The notes below the pieces were generated by a model. The model was not told the origin of the DNA, made no database searches, and was given only the letters and a program-made list of their open reading frames with translations. 64,000 nucleotides of DNA from Nemertoderma westbladi. Its lineage: Eukaryota > Animalia > Xenacoelomorpha. Shown here in pieces: positions 47,601 through 61,400 of this stretch. The stretch's first letter is position 1. Each line of letters starts with the position of its first letter. Where the stretch lies: contig JAUCBJ010007224.1 of assembly GCA_032718475.1 (NCBI GenBank), positions 1 through 64,000 on the forward strand, written 5' to 3'. A program made the translations under genes and the position numbers.

Positions 47601-50600
47601 CCGTGGTTATTAGAGAGTTGATATGGGTGGGGGTCCGCGGTTATTAGAGAGTTGATATGGGTGGGGGTCCGCTGTTATTAGAGAGTTGTATATGGGTGGG
47701 GGTCCGCGGTTATTAGAGAGTTGATATGGGTGGGGGTCCGCGGTTATTAGAGAGTTGATATGGGGGTCCGCGGTTATTAGAGAGTTGATATGGGTGGGGT
47801 CCGCGGTTATTAGAGAGTTGATATGGGTGGGGGTCCGCTGTTATTAGAGAGTTGATATGGTGGGGTCCGCGGTTATTAGAGAGTTGATATGGGGGTCCGC
47901 GGTTATTAGAGAGTTGATATGAGGTGGGGGTCCGCGGTTATTAGAGAGTTGATATGGGGTTCCGTGGTTATTAGATAGTTGATATGGGGGGTCCGCGGTT
48001 ATTAGAGAGTTGATATAGGTGGGGGTCCGCGGTTATTAGAGAGTTGATATGGGGTTCCTCGGTTATTAGAGAGTTGATATGGGGGTCCGTGGTTATTAGA
48101 GAGTTGAATGGGTGAGGGTCCGCTGTTATTAGAGAGTTGATATGGGGGTCCGTGGTTATTAGAGAGTTGATATGGGTGGGGGTCCGCGATTATTAGAGAG
48201 TTGATATGGGTTGGGGTCCGCGGTTATTAGAGAGTTGATATGGGGGTCCGCGGTTATTAGAGAGTTGATATGGGTGTCCGCGGTTATTAGAGAGTTTATA
48301 TGGGTGGGGGTCCGCGGTTATTAGAGAGTTGATATAGGTGGGGGTCCGCGGTTATTAGAGAGTTGATATGGGGGTCCGCGGTTATTAGAGAGTTGATATG
48401 GGGGTCGGCGGTTATTAGAGAGTTGAATGGGTGAGGGTCCGCTGTTATTAGAGAGTTGATATGGGGGTCCGTGGTTATTAGATAGTTGATATTGGTGGGG
48501 GTCCGCGGTTATTAGAGAGTTGATATAGGGGTCCGCGGTTATTAGAGAGTTGATAGGGGGTCGGCGGTTATTAGAGAGTTGATATAGGTGGGGGTCCGCG
48601 GTTATTAGAGAGTTGATATGGGGGTCCGCGGTTATTAGAGAGTTGATATGGGGGTCGGCGGTTATTAGAGAGTTGAATGGGTGAGGGTCCGCGGTTATTA
48701 GAGAGTTGATATGGGGGTCCGTGGTTATTAGAGAGTTGATTTGGATGGGGGTCCGCTGTTATTAGAGAGTTGATATGGGGGTCGGCGGTTATTAGAGAGT
48801 TGAATGGGTGAGGGTCCGCTGTTATTAGAGAGTTGATATGGGGGTCCGTGGTTATTAGATAGTTGATATGGGTGGGGGTTCGCGGTTATTAGAGAGTTGA
48901 TATGGGGGTCCGTGGTTATTAGATAGTTGATATGGGTGGGGGTCCGCTGTTATTAGAGACTTGATATGGGGGTCCGTGGTTATTAGAGAGTTGATTTGGA
49001 TGGGGGTCCGCTGTTATTAGAGAGTTGATATGGGGGTCCGTGGTTATTAGAGAGTTTATATGGGTGGGTGTCCGCGGTTATTAGAGAGTTGATATGGGTT
49101 GGGGTCCGCGGTTATTAGAGAGTTGATATGGAGGTTCACGGTTATTAGAGAGTTGATATAGGTGGGGGTCCGCGGTTATTAGAGAGTTGATATGGGGGTC
49201 CGCGGTTATTAGAGAGTTGATATGGGGGTCGGCGGTTATTAGAGAGTTGAATGGGTGAGGGTCCGCTGTTATTAGAGAGTTGATATGGGGGTCCGTGGTT
49301 ATTAGAGAGTTGATTTGGATGGGGGTCCGCTGTTATTAGAGAGTTGATATGGGGGTCCGTGGTTATTAGAGAGTTTATATGGGTGGGTGTCCGCGGTTAT
49401 TAGAGAGTTGATATGGGTTGGGGTCCGCGGTTATTAGAGAGTTGATATGGGGGTCCGCGGTTATTAGAGAGTTGATTTGGGTGGGGGTCCGCGGTTATTA
49501 GAGAGTTGATATGGGGGTCCGCGGTTATTAGAGAGTTGATATGGGGGTCCGCGGTTATTAGAGAGTTGATATGGGTGGGGGTCCGCAGTTATTAGAGAGT
49601 TGATATGGGTGGGGGTCCGCGGTTATTAGAGAGTTGATATGGAGGTCCGCGGTTATTAGAGAGTTGATATGGGTTGGGGTCCGCGGTTATTAGAGAGTTG
49701 ATATGGGGGTCCGCGGTTATTAGAGAGTTTATATGGGTGGGGTTCCTCGGTTATTAGAGAGTTGATATCGGGGTCCGCGGTTATTAGAGAGTTTATATGG
49801 GTGGGGGTCCGCGGTTACTAGAGAGTTGATATGGGGGTCCGCGGTTATTAGAGAGTTTATATGGGTGGGGGTCCGCGGTTACTAGAGAGTTGATATGGGG
49901 GTCCGTGGTTATTAGAGAGTTGATATGGGTGGGGGTCCGTGGTTATTAGAGAGTTGAATGGGTGAGGGTCCGCTGTTATTAGAGAGTTGATATGGGGGTC
50001 CGCTGTTATTAGAGAGTTGATATGGGTGGGGGTCCGCGGTTATTAGAGAGTTGATATGGGTTGGGGTCCGCGGTTATTAGAGAGTTGATATGGGTGGGGG
50101 TCCGTGGTTATTAGAGAGTTGATATGGGGGTCCGCGGTTATTAGAGAGTTGATATTGGGGTCCGCGGTTATTAGAGAGTTGATATGGGTGGGGGTCCGCG
50201 GTTACTAGAGAGTTGATATGGGGGTCCGTGGTTATTAGAGAGTTGATATGGGTGGGGGTCCGCGGTTATTAGAGAGTTGAATGGGTGAGGGTCCGCTGTT
50301 ATTAGAGAGTTGATATGGGGGTCCGTGGTTATTAGAGAGTTGATATGGGTGGGGGTCCGCGGTTATTAGAGAGTTGATATGGGGTCCGCGGTTATTAGAG
50401 AGTTGATATGGGTGGGGGTCCGCGGTTATTAGAGAGTTGAACGGGTGAGGGTCCGCTGTTATTAGAGAGTTGATATGGGGGTCCGTGGTTATTAGAGAGT
50501 TGATATGGGTGGGGGTCCGCGGTTATTAGAGAGTTGATATGGGTGGGGGTCCGCGGTTATTAGAGAGTTGATATGGGTGGGGGTCCGCGGTTATTAGAGA

Positions 50601-53600
50601 TTTGATATGGGTGGGGGTCCGCGGTTATTAGAGAGTTGATATGGGTGGGGGTCCGCGGCTATTATAGAGTTGATATGGGTGGGGGCCCGCGGTTATTATA
50701 GAGTTGATATGGGTGGGGGTCCGCGGTTATTATAGAGTTGATATGGGTGGGGGTCCGCGGTTATTAGAGAGTTGATATGGGTGGGGGTCCGCGGTTATTA
50801 GAGAGTTGATATGGGTGGGGGTCTGCGGTTATTAGAGAGTTGATATGGGTGGGGGTCCGCTGTTATTAGAGAGTTGGTATGGGTGGGGGTCCGCTGTTAT
50901 TAGAGAGTTGGTATGGGTGGGGGTCCGCGGCTATTAGAGAGTTGATATGGGGGTCCGCGGTTATTAGAGAGTTGATATGGGGGTCCGCGGTTATTAGAGA
51001 GTTGAATGGGTGAGGGTCCGCTGTTATTAGAGAGTTGATATGGGTGGGGGTCCGCTGTTATTAGAGAGTTGGTATGGGTGGGGGTCCGCGGCTATTAGAG
51101 AGTTGATATGGGGGTCCGCGGTTACTAGAGAGTTGATATGGGGGTCCGTGGTTATTAGAGAGTTGATATGGGTGGGGGTCCGCTGTTATTAGAGAGTTGA
51201 TATGGGTGGGGGTCCGCGGTTATTAGAGAGTTGATATGGGGGTCCGCGGTTATTAGAGAGTTGATATGGGTGGGGGTCCGCGGTTATTAGAGAGTTGATA
51301 TGGGTGGGGGTCCGCGGTTATTAGAGAGTTGATATGGGGGTCCGTGGTTATTAGAGAGTTGATATGGGTGGGGGTCCGCGGTTATTAGAGAGTTGATATG
51401 GGTGGGGGTCCGGGGTTATTAGAGAGTTGATATGGGGGTCCGTGGTTATTAGAGAGTTGAATGGGTGAGGGTCCGCGGTTATTAGAGAGTTGATATGGGT
51501 GGGGGTCCGGGGTTATTAGAGAGTTGATATGGGTGGGGGTCCGCGGTTATTAGAGAGTTGATATGGGGGTCCGTGGTTATTAGAGAGTTGATATGGGTGG
51601 GGGTCCGCGGTTATTAGAGAGTTGATATGGGTGGGGGTCCGGGGTTATTTGCGAGTTGATATGGGGGTCCGCTGTTATTAGAGAGTTGATATGGGGGTCC
51701 GCTGTTATTAGAGAGTTGAATGGGTGAGGGTCCGCTGTTATTAGAGTGTTGATATGGGTGGGGGTCCGCGGTTATTAGAGAGTTGATATGGGGGTCCGTG
51801 GTTATTAGAGAGTTGATAGGGGTGGGGGTCCGCGGTTATTAGAGAGTTGATATGGGTGGGGGTCCGGGGTTATTTGCGAGTTGATATGGGGGTCCGCTGT
51901 TATTAGAGAGTTAATATGGGGGTCCGCTGTTTTGGGTTGATGGGTGAGGGTCCGCTGTTTTAGAGTGTTGATATGGGTGGGGGTCCGCGGTTATTAGAGA
52001 GTTGATATGGGGGTCCGTGGTTATTAGAGAGTTGATATGGGTGGGGGTCCGCGGTTATTAGAGAGTTGATATGGGGGTCCGCTGTTATTAGAGTGTTGAT
52101 ATGGGTGGGGGTCCGCGGTTATTAGAGAGTTGATATGGTGGTCCGCGGTTATTAGAGAGTTGATATGAGGGTCCGTGGTTATTAGAGAGTTGAATGGGTG
52201 GGGGTCCGCGGTTATTAGAGAGTTGATATGGGGATCCGTGGTTATTAGAGAGTTGAATGGGTGGGGGTCCGCGGTTATTAGAGAGTTGATATGGGTGGGT
52301 GTCCGCGGTTATTAGAGAGTTGATATGGGTGGGGGTCCGCTGTTATTAGAGAGTTGAATGGGTGGGGTCCGCGGTTATTAGAGAGTTGATATGGGTGGGG
52401 GTCCGCGGTTATTAGAGAGTTGATATGGGTGGGGGTCCGCTGTTATTAGAGAGTTGAATGGGTGGGGTCCGCGGTTATTAGAGAGTTGATATGGGTGGGG
52501 GTCCGCGGTTATTAGAGAGTTGATATGGGGGTCCGCGGTGATTAGAGAGTTGATATGGGGGTCCGCGGTTATTAGAGAGTTGATATGGGGGTCCGCGGTT
52601 ATTAGAGAGTTGATATGGGGGTCCGCGGTTATTAGAGAGTTGATATGGGTGGGGGTCCGCGGTTATTAGAGAGTTGATATGGGGGTCCGTGGTTATTAGA
52701 GAGTTGATATGGGTGGGGGTCCGCGGTTATTAGAGAGTTGATATGGGGGTCCGTGGTTATTAGAGAGTTGAATGGGTGAGGGTCCGCTGTTATTAGAGAG
52801 TGGATATGGGTGGGGGTCCGCTATTATTAGAGAGTTGATATGGGTGTCCGCGGTTATTAGAGAGTTTATATGGGTGGGGGTCCGCGGTTATTAGAGAGTT
52901 GATATGGGGGTCCGTGGTTATAAGAGAGTTGATATGGGGGTCCGCGGTTATTAGAGAGTTGATATGGGATATGGGGGTCCGCGGTTATTAGAGAGTTGAT
53001 ATGGGGGTCCGCGGTTATTAGAGAGTTGATATGGGGGTCTGCGGTTATTAGAGAGTTGATATGGGTGGGGGTCCGCGGTTATTAGAGAGTTGATATGGGG
53101 GTCCGTGGTTATTAGAGAGTTGATATGGGTGGGGGTCCGCGGTTATTAGAGAGTTGATATGGGGTCCGTGGTTATTAGAGAGTTGAATGGGTGAGGGTCC
53201 GCTGTTATTAGAGAGTGGATATGGGTGGGGGTCCGCTATTATTAGAGAGTTGATATGGGTGTCCGCGGTTATTAGAGAGTTTATATGGGTGGGGGTCCGC
53301 GGTTATTAGAGAGTTGATATGGGGGTCCGTGGTTATAAGAGAGTTGATATGGGGGTCCGCGGTTATTAGAAGGTTGATATGGGGGTCCGTGGTTATTAGA
53401 GAGTTGATATGGGGGTCCGTGGTTATTAGAGAGTTGATATGGGTGGGGGTCCGCTGTTATTAGAGAGTTGATATGGGGGTCCGCGGTTATTAGAGAGTTT
53501 ATATGGGTGGGTGTCCGCTGTTATTAGAGAGTTGATATGGGGGTCCGTGGTTATTAGAGAGTTGATATGGGTGGGGGTCCGCTGTTATTAGAGAGTTGAT

Positions 53601-56600
53601 ATGGGCATGGGGGTCCGTGGTTATTAGAGAGTTGATATGGGTGGGGGTCCGTGGTTATTAGAGAGTTGATATGGGTGGGGGTCCGCTGTTATTAGAGAGT
53701 TGATATGGGGGTCCGCGGTTATTAGAGAGTTGATATAGGTGGGGGTCCGCGGTTATTAGAGAGTTGATATGGGGGTCCGCGGTTATTAGAGAGTTGATAT
53801 GGGGGTCCGTGGTTATTAGAGAGTTGATATGGGGGTCGGCGGTTATTAGAGAGTTGATATGGGTGTCCGTGGTTATTAGAGAGTTGATATGGGTGGGGGT
53901 CCGCGGTTATTAGAGAGTTGATATTGGGGTCCGTGGTTATTAGAGAGTTGATATGGGTGGGGGTCCGCGGTTATTAGAGAGTTGATATGGGGGTCCGCGG
54001 TTATTAGAGAGTTGATATGGGGGTCCGCTGGTTATTAGAGAGTTGAATGGGTGAGGGTCCGCGTGTTATTAGAGAGTTGATATGGGGGTCCGTGGTTATT
54101 AGAGAGTTGATATGGGTGGGGGTCCGCGGTTATTAGAGAGTTGATATGGGGGTCCGCGGTTATTAGAGAGTTGATATGGGGGTCCGCTGGTTATTAGAGA
54201 GTTGATATGGGTGGGGGTCCGCGGTTATTAGAGAGTTGATATGGGGGTCCGCGGTTATTAGAGAGTTGATATGGGTGGGGGTCCGCGGTTATTAGAGAGT
54301 TGATATGGGTGGGGGTCCGCGGTTATTAGAGAGTTGATATGGGGGTCCGCGGTTATTAGAGAGTTGATATGGGGGTCCGCTGGTTATTAGAGAGTTGATA
54401 TGGGTGGGGGTCCGCGGTTATTAGAGAGTTGATATGGGTGGGGGTCCGCGGTTATTAGAGAGTTGATATGGGGGTCCGCGGTTATTAGAGAGTTGATATG
54501 GGGGTCCGCGGTTATTAGAGAGTTGATATGGGGGTCCGCGGTTATTAGAGAGTTGATATGGGGGTCCGCGGTTATTAGAGAGTTGATATGGGTGGGGGTC
54601 CGCGGTTATTAGAGAGTTGATATGGGGGTCCGTGGTTATTAGAGAGTTGAATGGGTGAGGGTCCGCTGTTATTAGAGAGTGGATATGGGTGGGGGTCCGC
54701 TATTATTAGAGAGTTGATATGGGTGTCCGCGGTTATTAGAGAGTTTATATGGGTGGGGGTCCGCGGTTATTAGAGAGTTGATATGGGGGTCCGTGGTTAT
54801 AAGAGAGTTGATATGGGGGTCCGCGGTTATTAGAGAGTTGATATGGGATGGGGGTCCGCGGTTATTAGAGAGTTGATATGGGGGTCCGCGGTTATTAGAG
54901 AGTTGATATGGGGGTCCGCGGTTATTAGAGAGTTGATATGGGTGGGGGTCCGCGGTTATTAGAGAGTTGATATGGGGGTCCGTGGTTATTAGAGAGTTGA
55001 TATGGGTGGGGGTCCGCGGTTATTAGAGAGTTGATATGGGGGTCCGTGGTTATTAGAGAGTTGAATGGGTGAGGGTCCGCTGTTATTAGAGAGTGGATAT
55101 GGGTGGGGGTCCGCTATTATTAGAGAGTTGATATGGGTGTCCGCGGTTATTAGAGAGTTTATATGGGTGGGGGTCCGCGGTTATTAGAGAGTTGATATGG
55201 GGGTCCGTGGTTATAAGAGAGTTGATATGGGGGTCCGCGGTTATTAGAAGGTTGATATGGGGGTCCGTGGTTATTAGAGAGTTGATATGGGGGTCCGTGG
55301 TTATTAGAGAGTTGATATGGGTGGGGGTCCGCTGTTATTAGAGAGTTGATATGGGGGTCCGCGGTTATTAGAGAGTTTATATGGGTGGGTGTCCGCTGTT
55401 ATTAGAGAGTTGATATGGGGGTCCGTGGTTATTAGAGAGTTGATATGGGTGGGGGTCCGCTGTTATTAGAGAGTTGATATGGGCATGGGGGTCCGTGGTT
55501 ATTAGAGAGTTGATATGGGTGGGGGTCCGTGGTTATTAGAGAGTTGATATGGGTGGGGGTCCGCTGTTATTAGAGAGTTGATATGGGGGTCCGCGGTTAT
55601 TAGAGAGTTGATATAGGTGGGGGTCCGCGGTTATTAGAGAGTTGATATGGGGGTCCGCGGTTATTAGAGAGTTGATATGGGGGTCCGTGGTTATTAGAGA
55701 GTTGATATGGGGGTCGGCGGTTATTAGAGAGTTGATATGGGTGTCCGTGGTTATTAGAGAGTTGATATGGGTGGGGGTCCGCGGTTATTAGAGAGTTGAT
55801 ATTGGGGTCCGTGGTTATTAGAGAGTTGATATGGGTGGGGGTCCGCGCTTATTAGAGAGTTGATATGGGGGTCCGCGGTTATTAGAGAGTTAATATGGGG
55901 GTCCGTGGTTATTAGAGAGTTGAATGGGTGAGGGTCCGCTGTTATTAGAGAGTTGATATGGGGGTCCGTGGTTATTAGAGAGTTGATATGGGTGGGCGTC
56001 CGCGCTTATTAGAGAGTTGATATGGGGGTCCGCGGTTATTAGAGAGTTGATATGGGGGTCCGTGGTTATTAAAGAGTTGATATGGGTGGGGGTCCGCGGT
56101 TATTAGAGAGTTGATATGGGTGGGGGTCCGCGGTTATTAGAGAGTTGATATTGGGGTCCGTGGTTATTAGAGAGTTGATATGGGTGGGGGTCCGCGCTTA
56201 TTAGAGAGTTGATATGGGGGTCCGCGGTTATTAGAGAGTTGATATGGGGGTCCGTGGTTATTAGAGAGTTGATATGGGTGGGGGTCCGCGGTTATTAGAG
56301 AGTTGATATGGGTGGGGGTCCGCGGTTATTCGAGAGTTGATATGGGGGACCGTGGTTATTAGAGAGTTGATATGGGTGGGGTCCGCGGTTATTAGAGAGT
56401 TGATATTGGGGTCCGTGGTTATTAGAGAGTTGATATGGGTGGGGGTCCGCGCTTATTAGAGAGTTGATATGGGGGTCCGTGGTTATTAGAGAGTTGAATG
56501 GGTGAGGGTCCCTGTTATTAGAGAGTGGATATGGGTGCGGGTCCGCTATTATTAGAGAGTTGATATGGGTGTCCGCGGTTATTAGAGAGTTTATATGGGT

Positions 56601-58030
56601 GGGGGTCCGCGGTTATTAGAGAGTTGATATGGGGGTCCGTGGTTATAAGAGAGTTGATATGGGGGTCCGCGGTTATTAGAGAGTTGATATGGGGGTCCGC
56701 GGTTATTAGAGAGTTGATATGGGGGTCCGCGGTTATTAGAGAGTTGATATGGGGGTCCGCGGTTATTAGAGAGTTGATATGGGTGGGGGTCCACGGTTAT
56801 TAGAGAGTTGATATGGAGGTCCGTGGTTATTAGAGAGTTGATATGGGTGGGGGTCCGCGGTTATTAGAGAGTTGATATGGGGGTCCGTGGTTATTAGAGA
56901 GTTGAATGGGTGAGGGTCCGCTGTTATTAGAGAGTGGATATGGGTGGGGGTCCGCTATTATTAGAGAGTTGATATGCGTGTCCGCGGTTATTAGAGAGTT
57001 TATATGGGTGGGGGTCCGCGGTTATTAGAGAGTTGATATGGGGGTCCGTGGTTATAAGAGAGTTGATAGGGGGGTCCGCGGTTATTAGAAGGTTGATATG
57101 GGGGTCCGTGGTTATTAGAGAGTTGATATGGGGGTCCGTGGTTATTAGAGAGTTGATATGGGTGGGGGACCGCTGTTATTAGAGAGTTGATATGGGGGTC
57201 CGCGGTTATTAGAGAGTTTATATGGGTGGGTGTCCGCTGTTATTAGAGAGTTTATATGGGGGTCCGTGGTTATTAGAGAGTTGATATGGGTGGGGGTCCG
57301 CTGTTATTAGAGAGTTGATATGGGCATGGGGGTCCGTGGTTATTAGAGAGTTGATATGGGTGGGGGTCCGTGGTTATTAGAGAGTTGATATGGGTGGGGG
57401 TCCGCTGTTATTAGAGAGTTGATATGGGGGTCCGCGGTTATTAGAGAGTTGATATAGGTGGGGGTCCTCGGTTATTAGAGAGTTGATATGGGGGTCCGCG
57501 GTTATTAGAGAGTTGATATGGGGGTCCGTGGTTATTAGAGAGTTGATATGGGGATCGGCGGTTATTAGAGAGTTGATATGGGTGTCCGTGGTTATTAGAG
57601 AGTTGATATGGGTGGGGGTCCGCGGTTATTAGAGAGTTGATATTGGGGTCCGTGGTTATTAGAGAGTTGATATGGGTGGGGGTCCGCGCTTATTAGAGAG
57701 TTGATATGGGGGTCCGCGGTTATTAGAGAGTTAATATGGGGGTCCGTGGTTATTAGAGAGTTGAATGGGTGAGGGTCCTCTGTTATTAGAGAGTTGATAT
57801 GGGGGTCCGTGGTTATTAGAGAGTTGATATGGGTGGGGGTCCGCGCTTATTAGAGAGTTGATATGGGGGTCCGCGGTTATTAGAGAGTTGATATGGGGGT
57901 CCGTGGTTATTAAAGAGTTGATATGGGTGGGGGTCCGCGGTTATTAGAGAGTTGATATGGGTGGGGGTCCGCGGTTATTAGAGAGTTGATATTGGGGTCC
58001 GTGGTTATTAGAGAGTTGATATGGGTGGGG
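35685..58030. repeat. ~22.3-kb satellite array of interspersed 30-bp and 34-bp units
   Basis: GGGGGTCCGCGGTTATTAGAGAGTTGATAT (30 bp) and the same with an extra GGGT (34 bp). Recurrent variants CCGTGG, CCGCTG and GAATGGGTGAGGG. All units in one orientation. Confidence 0.99.
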
Positions 58031-58221
58031 TGGTATGGATATATACAGTATAGGCCTATTTCATTATTCCCCCTTACTGTCTATGGCACGGGCCTACATA
58101 TCTTGCTTGCATTCTGCATATATTATATTATACTGACCGGTTGTGTCGCTCCAGCATCCACTTTTACCTCAGCCTACAAGCTACAGATGTCTGGCTATGT
58201 ACCGGACAGCCGGACATACCA
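58031..58221 (+). repeat. 5' LTR of a Gypsy element (191 bp)
   Basis: 7-bp terminal inverted repeat TGGTATG...CATACCA, immediately followed by a PBS. The partner LTR is not in the window. Confidence 0.75.
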
Positions 58222-58238
58222 TGGCGCAGTGAGATAGG
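58222..58238 (+). promoter_or_regulatory. primer binding site, probably tRNA-Ser type
   Basis: TGGCGCAGTGAGATAGG directly after the LTR-terminal CA; complementary to a ...CUGCGCCA tRNA 3' end. Confidence 0.7.
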
Positions 58239-58405
58239 CGCAGTACCAGTACCGCGCTGCGCTTGAACTTACGCAATAAACTGCACTGCAATATCACCGA
58301 TCGATCATCGATCGACTGTACGTCTGCACGTTCTGACGTTATTTGCTTGCTAATTAATAATTTGAAATTTCATATATTAAAAAAACATAGGCCTATTTAA
58401 TTTGC

Positions 58406-61400
58406 GTGATGGACGAACTCCCAACCCAGGATGAAACGTGGGAAATTGATCCAGCTTCGATAGAACACCTTGACCGGGCGACTATTAAAGCACACCTCGC
58501 AAATGCCGGAATTAAGTACAGTGACAGAACGGCAACAACGGTTCTTAGAAAACGGTTGCTAAAGTTCGTAGAAGGAGCAGAATCAGAACCTGAACAAACC
58601 GGAGAAGTCGGAGGTTCCGATTTAGCTAAACTCCTCGCGCACTTTGTCGACCAGGATGCTAAACGAATGGAAGAACAGCGGGTTGAACGACGAGAACGGG
58701 CGGAAGAGCACAGACAACTCCTCTACCTCGTCGATCAAAACCAACAGCGTTTACTTGAGGGATTGCGGGAAGAGCGCGACGTAATAGCAGCTGCGGGCCC
58801 GGGATCGGCAACGCACGGAAGCTCCAGACGTCCCCAAGACCGCGAGGCAACCAAACTCACTGTACACCCGCCAAACATTGTCGAGGATGACGTTTCCTAC
58901 AAAACATTTAAACGGTGGGAGACAACATGGCGCAATTATGCCCGGGTGACAAAACTCGACAGCAAACCTATGGAAGATCAGGTGGCAACGTTCTTTTCAT
59001 ACTGCAGCCCTGATTTCCTAAACCGGATGCATTATGCTGTCAAAATTCCTCAAGATACCCGACTGTCAACGGACGAAATCCTCGTAAAAATACGGGAACA
59101 CCTCCGCGCACAACAGAATATAACTGTAGACCGTTACAAACTGGTACGGACTAAACAGGAAGAAAAACAGTCGTTCGACGATTACTACATTCAGTTGTGC
59201 GAACTGGTGGATGACGCAAACATCGAAGTTATGACAAAGGAGGACTGGATCTCCACTTTAATAGTTTGCGGTATACGGGATGAGGAGGTACGTCAGGAAC
59301 TTTTGGGTAAAAGGCCTGCCCTATCCCGCGATGAAACTGTCGATTTTTGCCGTAATCGGGAGCTGGCTGTTCGGGAAGATCAACGACTGACATACAAAGT
59401 TAACGCAGTTAAACCTCAGAACCGAGGGCGTAATTTTAGTAAGTCAGATAGCCAACGGAGCTCCAGTAAAGGTCGACAATTCAAACCCCATCCACAAATA
59501 CGAGACAATAATCGCTGCTGGAAATGTGGTGGAGTTTGGCCTCACGAAAAAGATAAACAGTGTAAAGCCATCGGCCGCGAATGCAAAAAATGCGAACGTA
59601 TCGGCCACTTCACCCATCTATGTCGCCAACCAAAGAAGACAACTTCCGGTGCGATTTCCCTCGCGAAAATTGGCGTCGAACCACGCGAACTAGCCCGGGA
59701 GGCCGGTAAACCTCGCATCTCTGTACAATTCGTGCATACCGGTACGGGGAAACTGCTAACAACAAGCGCTTGCATTGCAGACACCGGCGCAGACGTCACC
59801 GCTGGCGGAATCGGTATTCTAAATCGCCTCGGTATATCTATAAATAAACTTAGAGAATTAGACGAGCCACTGGAAGCAATAAACAGCAATCCAATAAAAT
59901 GTATAGGACGTTTAAAACTAACTCTACAGATTGAAAACATGCGTTACAACGAATGGGTTTATATTTGTGACGGAATTAAAGATATTTATCTTTCCTTTAC
60001 AGCTTGTAAAGCCTTCAACATCGTCCACGACGAATTCCCCACACCACTCCATTTAGTGAAGGAAAATAAAGTGGTTGCACCTATTAACATAGATGCTGAA
60101 CTCGTAGACAAAATAAAACAAAAACTTCTGGAAGAGTTTAGTGACGTCTTTGCCATCAAAGGCCAACTTAAACCGATGCTGGGTCCCCCTATGACTATAG
60201 AAGTCAAGGAAGGTGCAAAACCTTTCTGCATCTACGCCACCCGCTCTATACCCTACGCGTACAGAGATAAAGCCCACTCCGAACTCAACGACATGTTGGA
60301 CAAAGGCATCATTGAACGGGTGGGTGACCGGGCCACAGATTGGTGTCATCCCATGGTTGTTTGCCCCAAACCCGGTCGACCGGATGAAATTCGTATCACG
60401 GTTGACCTTACCAAATTAAATAATCAGGTGAAACGAACTATACACAATGCCAAAACTCCTTTCGACGTTGTCTCAGACCGCACACCAGACGCGCGTTATT
60501 TCACAAAAATTTACGCTAAGTCTGGTTATTGGCAAGTCGAGTTGGCGGAAGAATCGCGAGACCTCACTACCTTCTTAATGCCGTGGGGCCGGTTCCGGTA
60601 CTGCCGGGCCCCGATGGGCTTCATATCCACCGGGGACTCATATAATTATAGGGGAGACATGGCTTTTGAGGGTATGGCCAACATAAATAAAATCGTAGAC
60701 GACCTACTCATCGAGGATGTCGAGTTTGACACTCACGTTGAACGCGTTCGTTCGGTTCTACAACGCTGTCGGGATTTTGGCATCACCCTCCATCCTGAAA
60801 AGTTCAACTTCGCTCAAGAACGAGTAAAGTTTGCAGGATATATCGTTTCACACAACGGCATCGAGGCAGACCCCAACAAAGCAAAGGCAATCTCCGAGTT
60901 TCCCAAACCAACTAACATAAGTGAACTCAGAAGTTTTATGGGACTCGTTAACCAACTCGGTTGCTTTTCCTCGGAAGTCAGCGCTGCAGCGACTCCGTTG
61001 CGCGAGTTACTATGAACTCGCAACCATTTTACATGGGAAATAATGCATGATAATGCATTCGTGGCTGTTAAATACGCACTTCTAAAACCTCCAATCCTGG
61101 TACCCTTCGATCCGCACGCTGAAACACGGTTAGAAGTAGACGCCAGTCGATTGCACGGATTTGGCTTCGATTTACTGCAAAATAATAATAATAAATGGAA
61201 GCTCATTGCCTGTGGAAGCCGATTTATATCGGACGCCGAAACCCGGTATGCCACAATAGAATTGGAAGCCATTGCTATAAAATATGCAATGAGTAAATGC
61301 CACCTATATTTAGCTGGATTAGAAAGTTTTAAAGTTATGACTGACCATCGGCCTTTACTTTCAATCTTCAATAAACAAACCCTGGATCAAGTCGATAATA

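Noticed and set aside
35685-58030. CRISPR-like array, or coding repeat (WGSAVIRELI)n ORFs
   Set aside because: There are no unique spacers and no cas genes. The ORFs arise only because 30 is divisible by 3 and are broken by every 34-bp unit.
35685-58030. Canonical telomeric repeat
   Set aside because: No TTAGGG or TTAGG tandem arrays, and the array is flanked by transposons on both sides.
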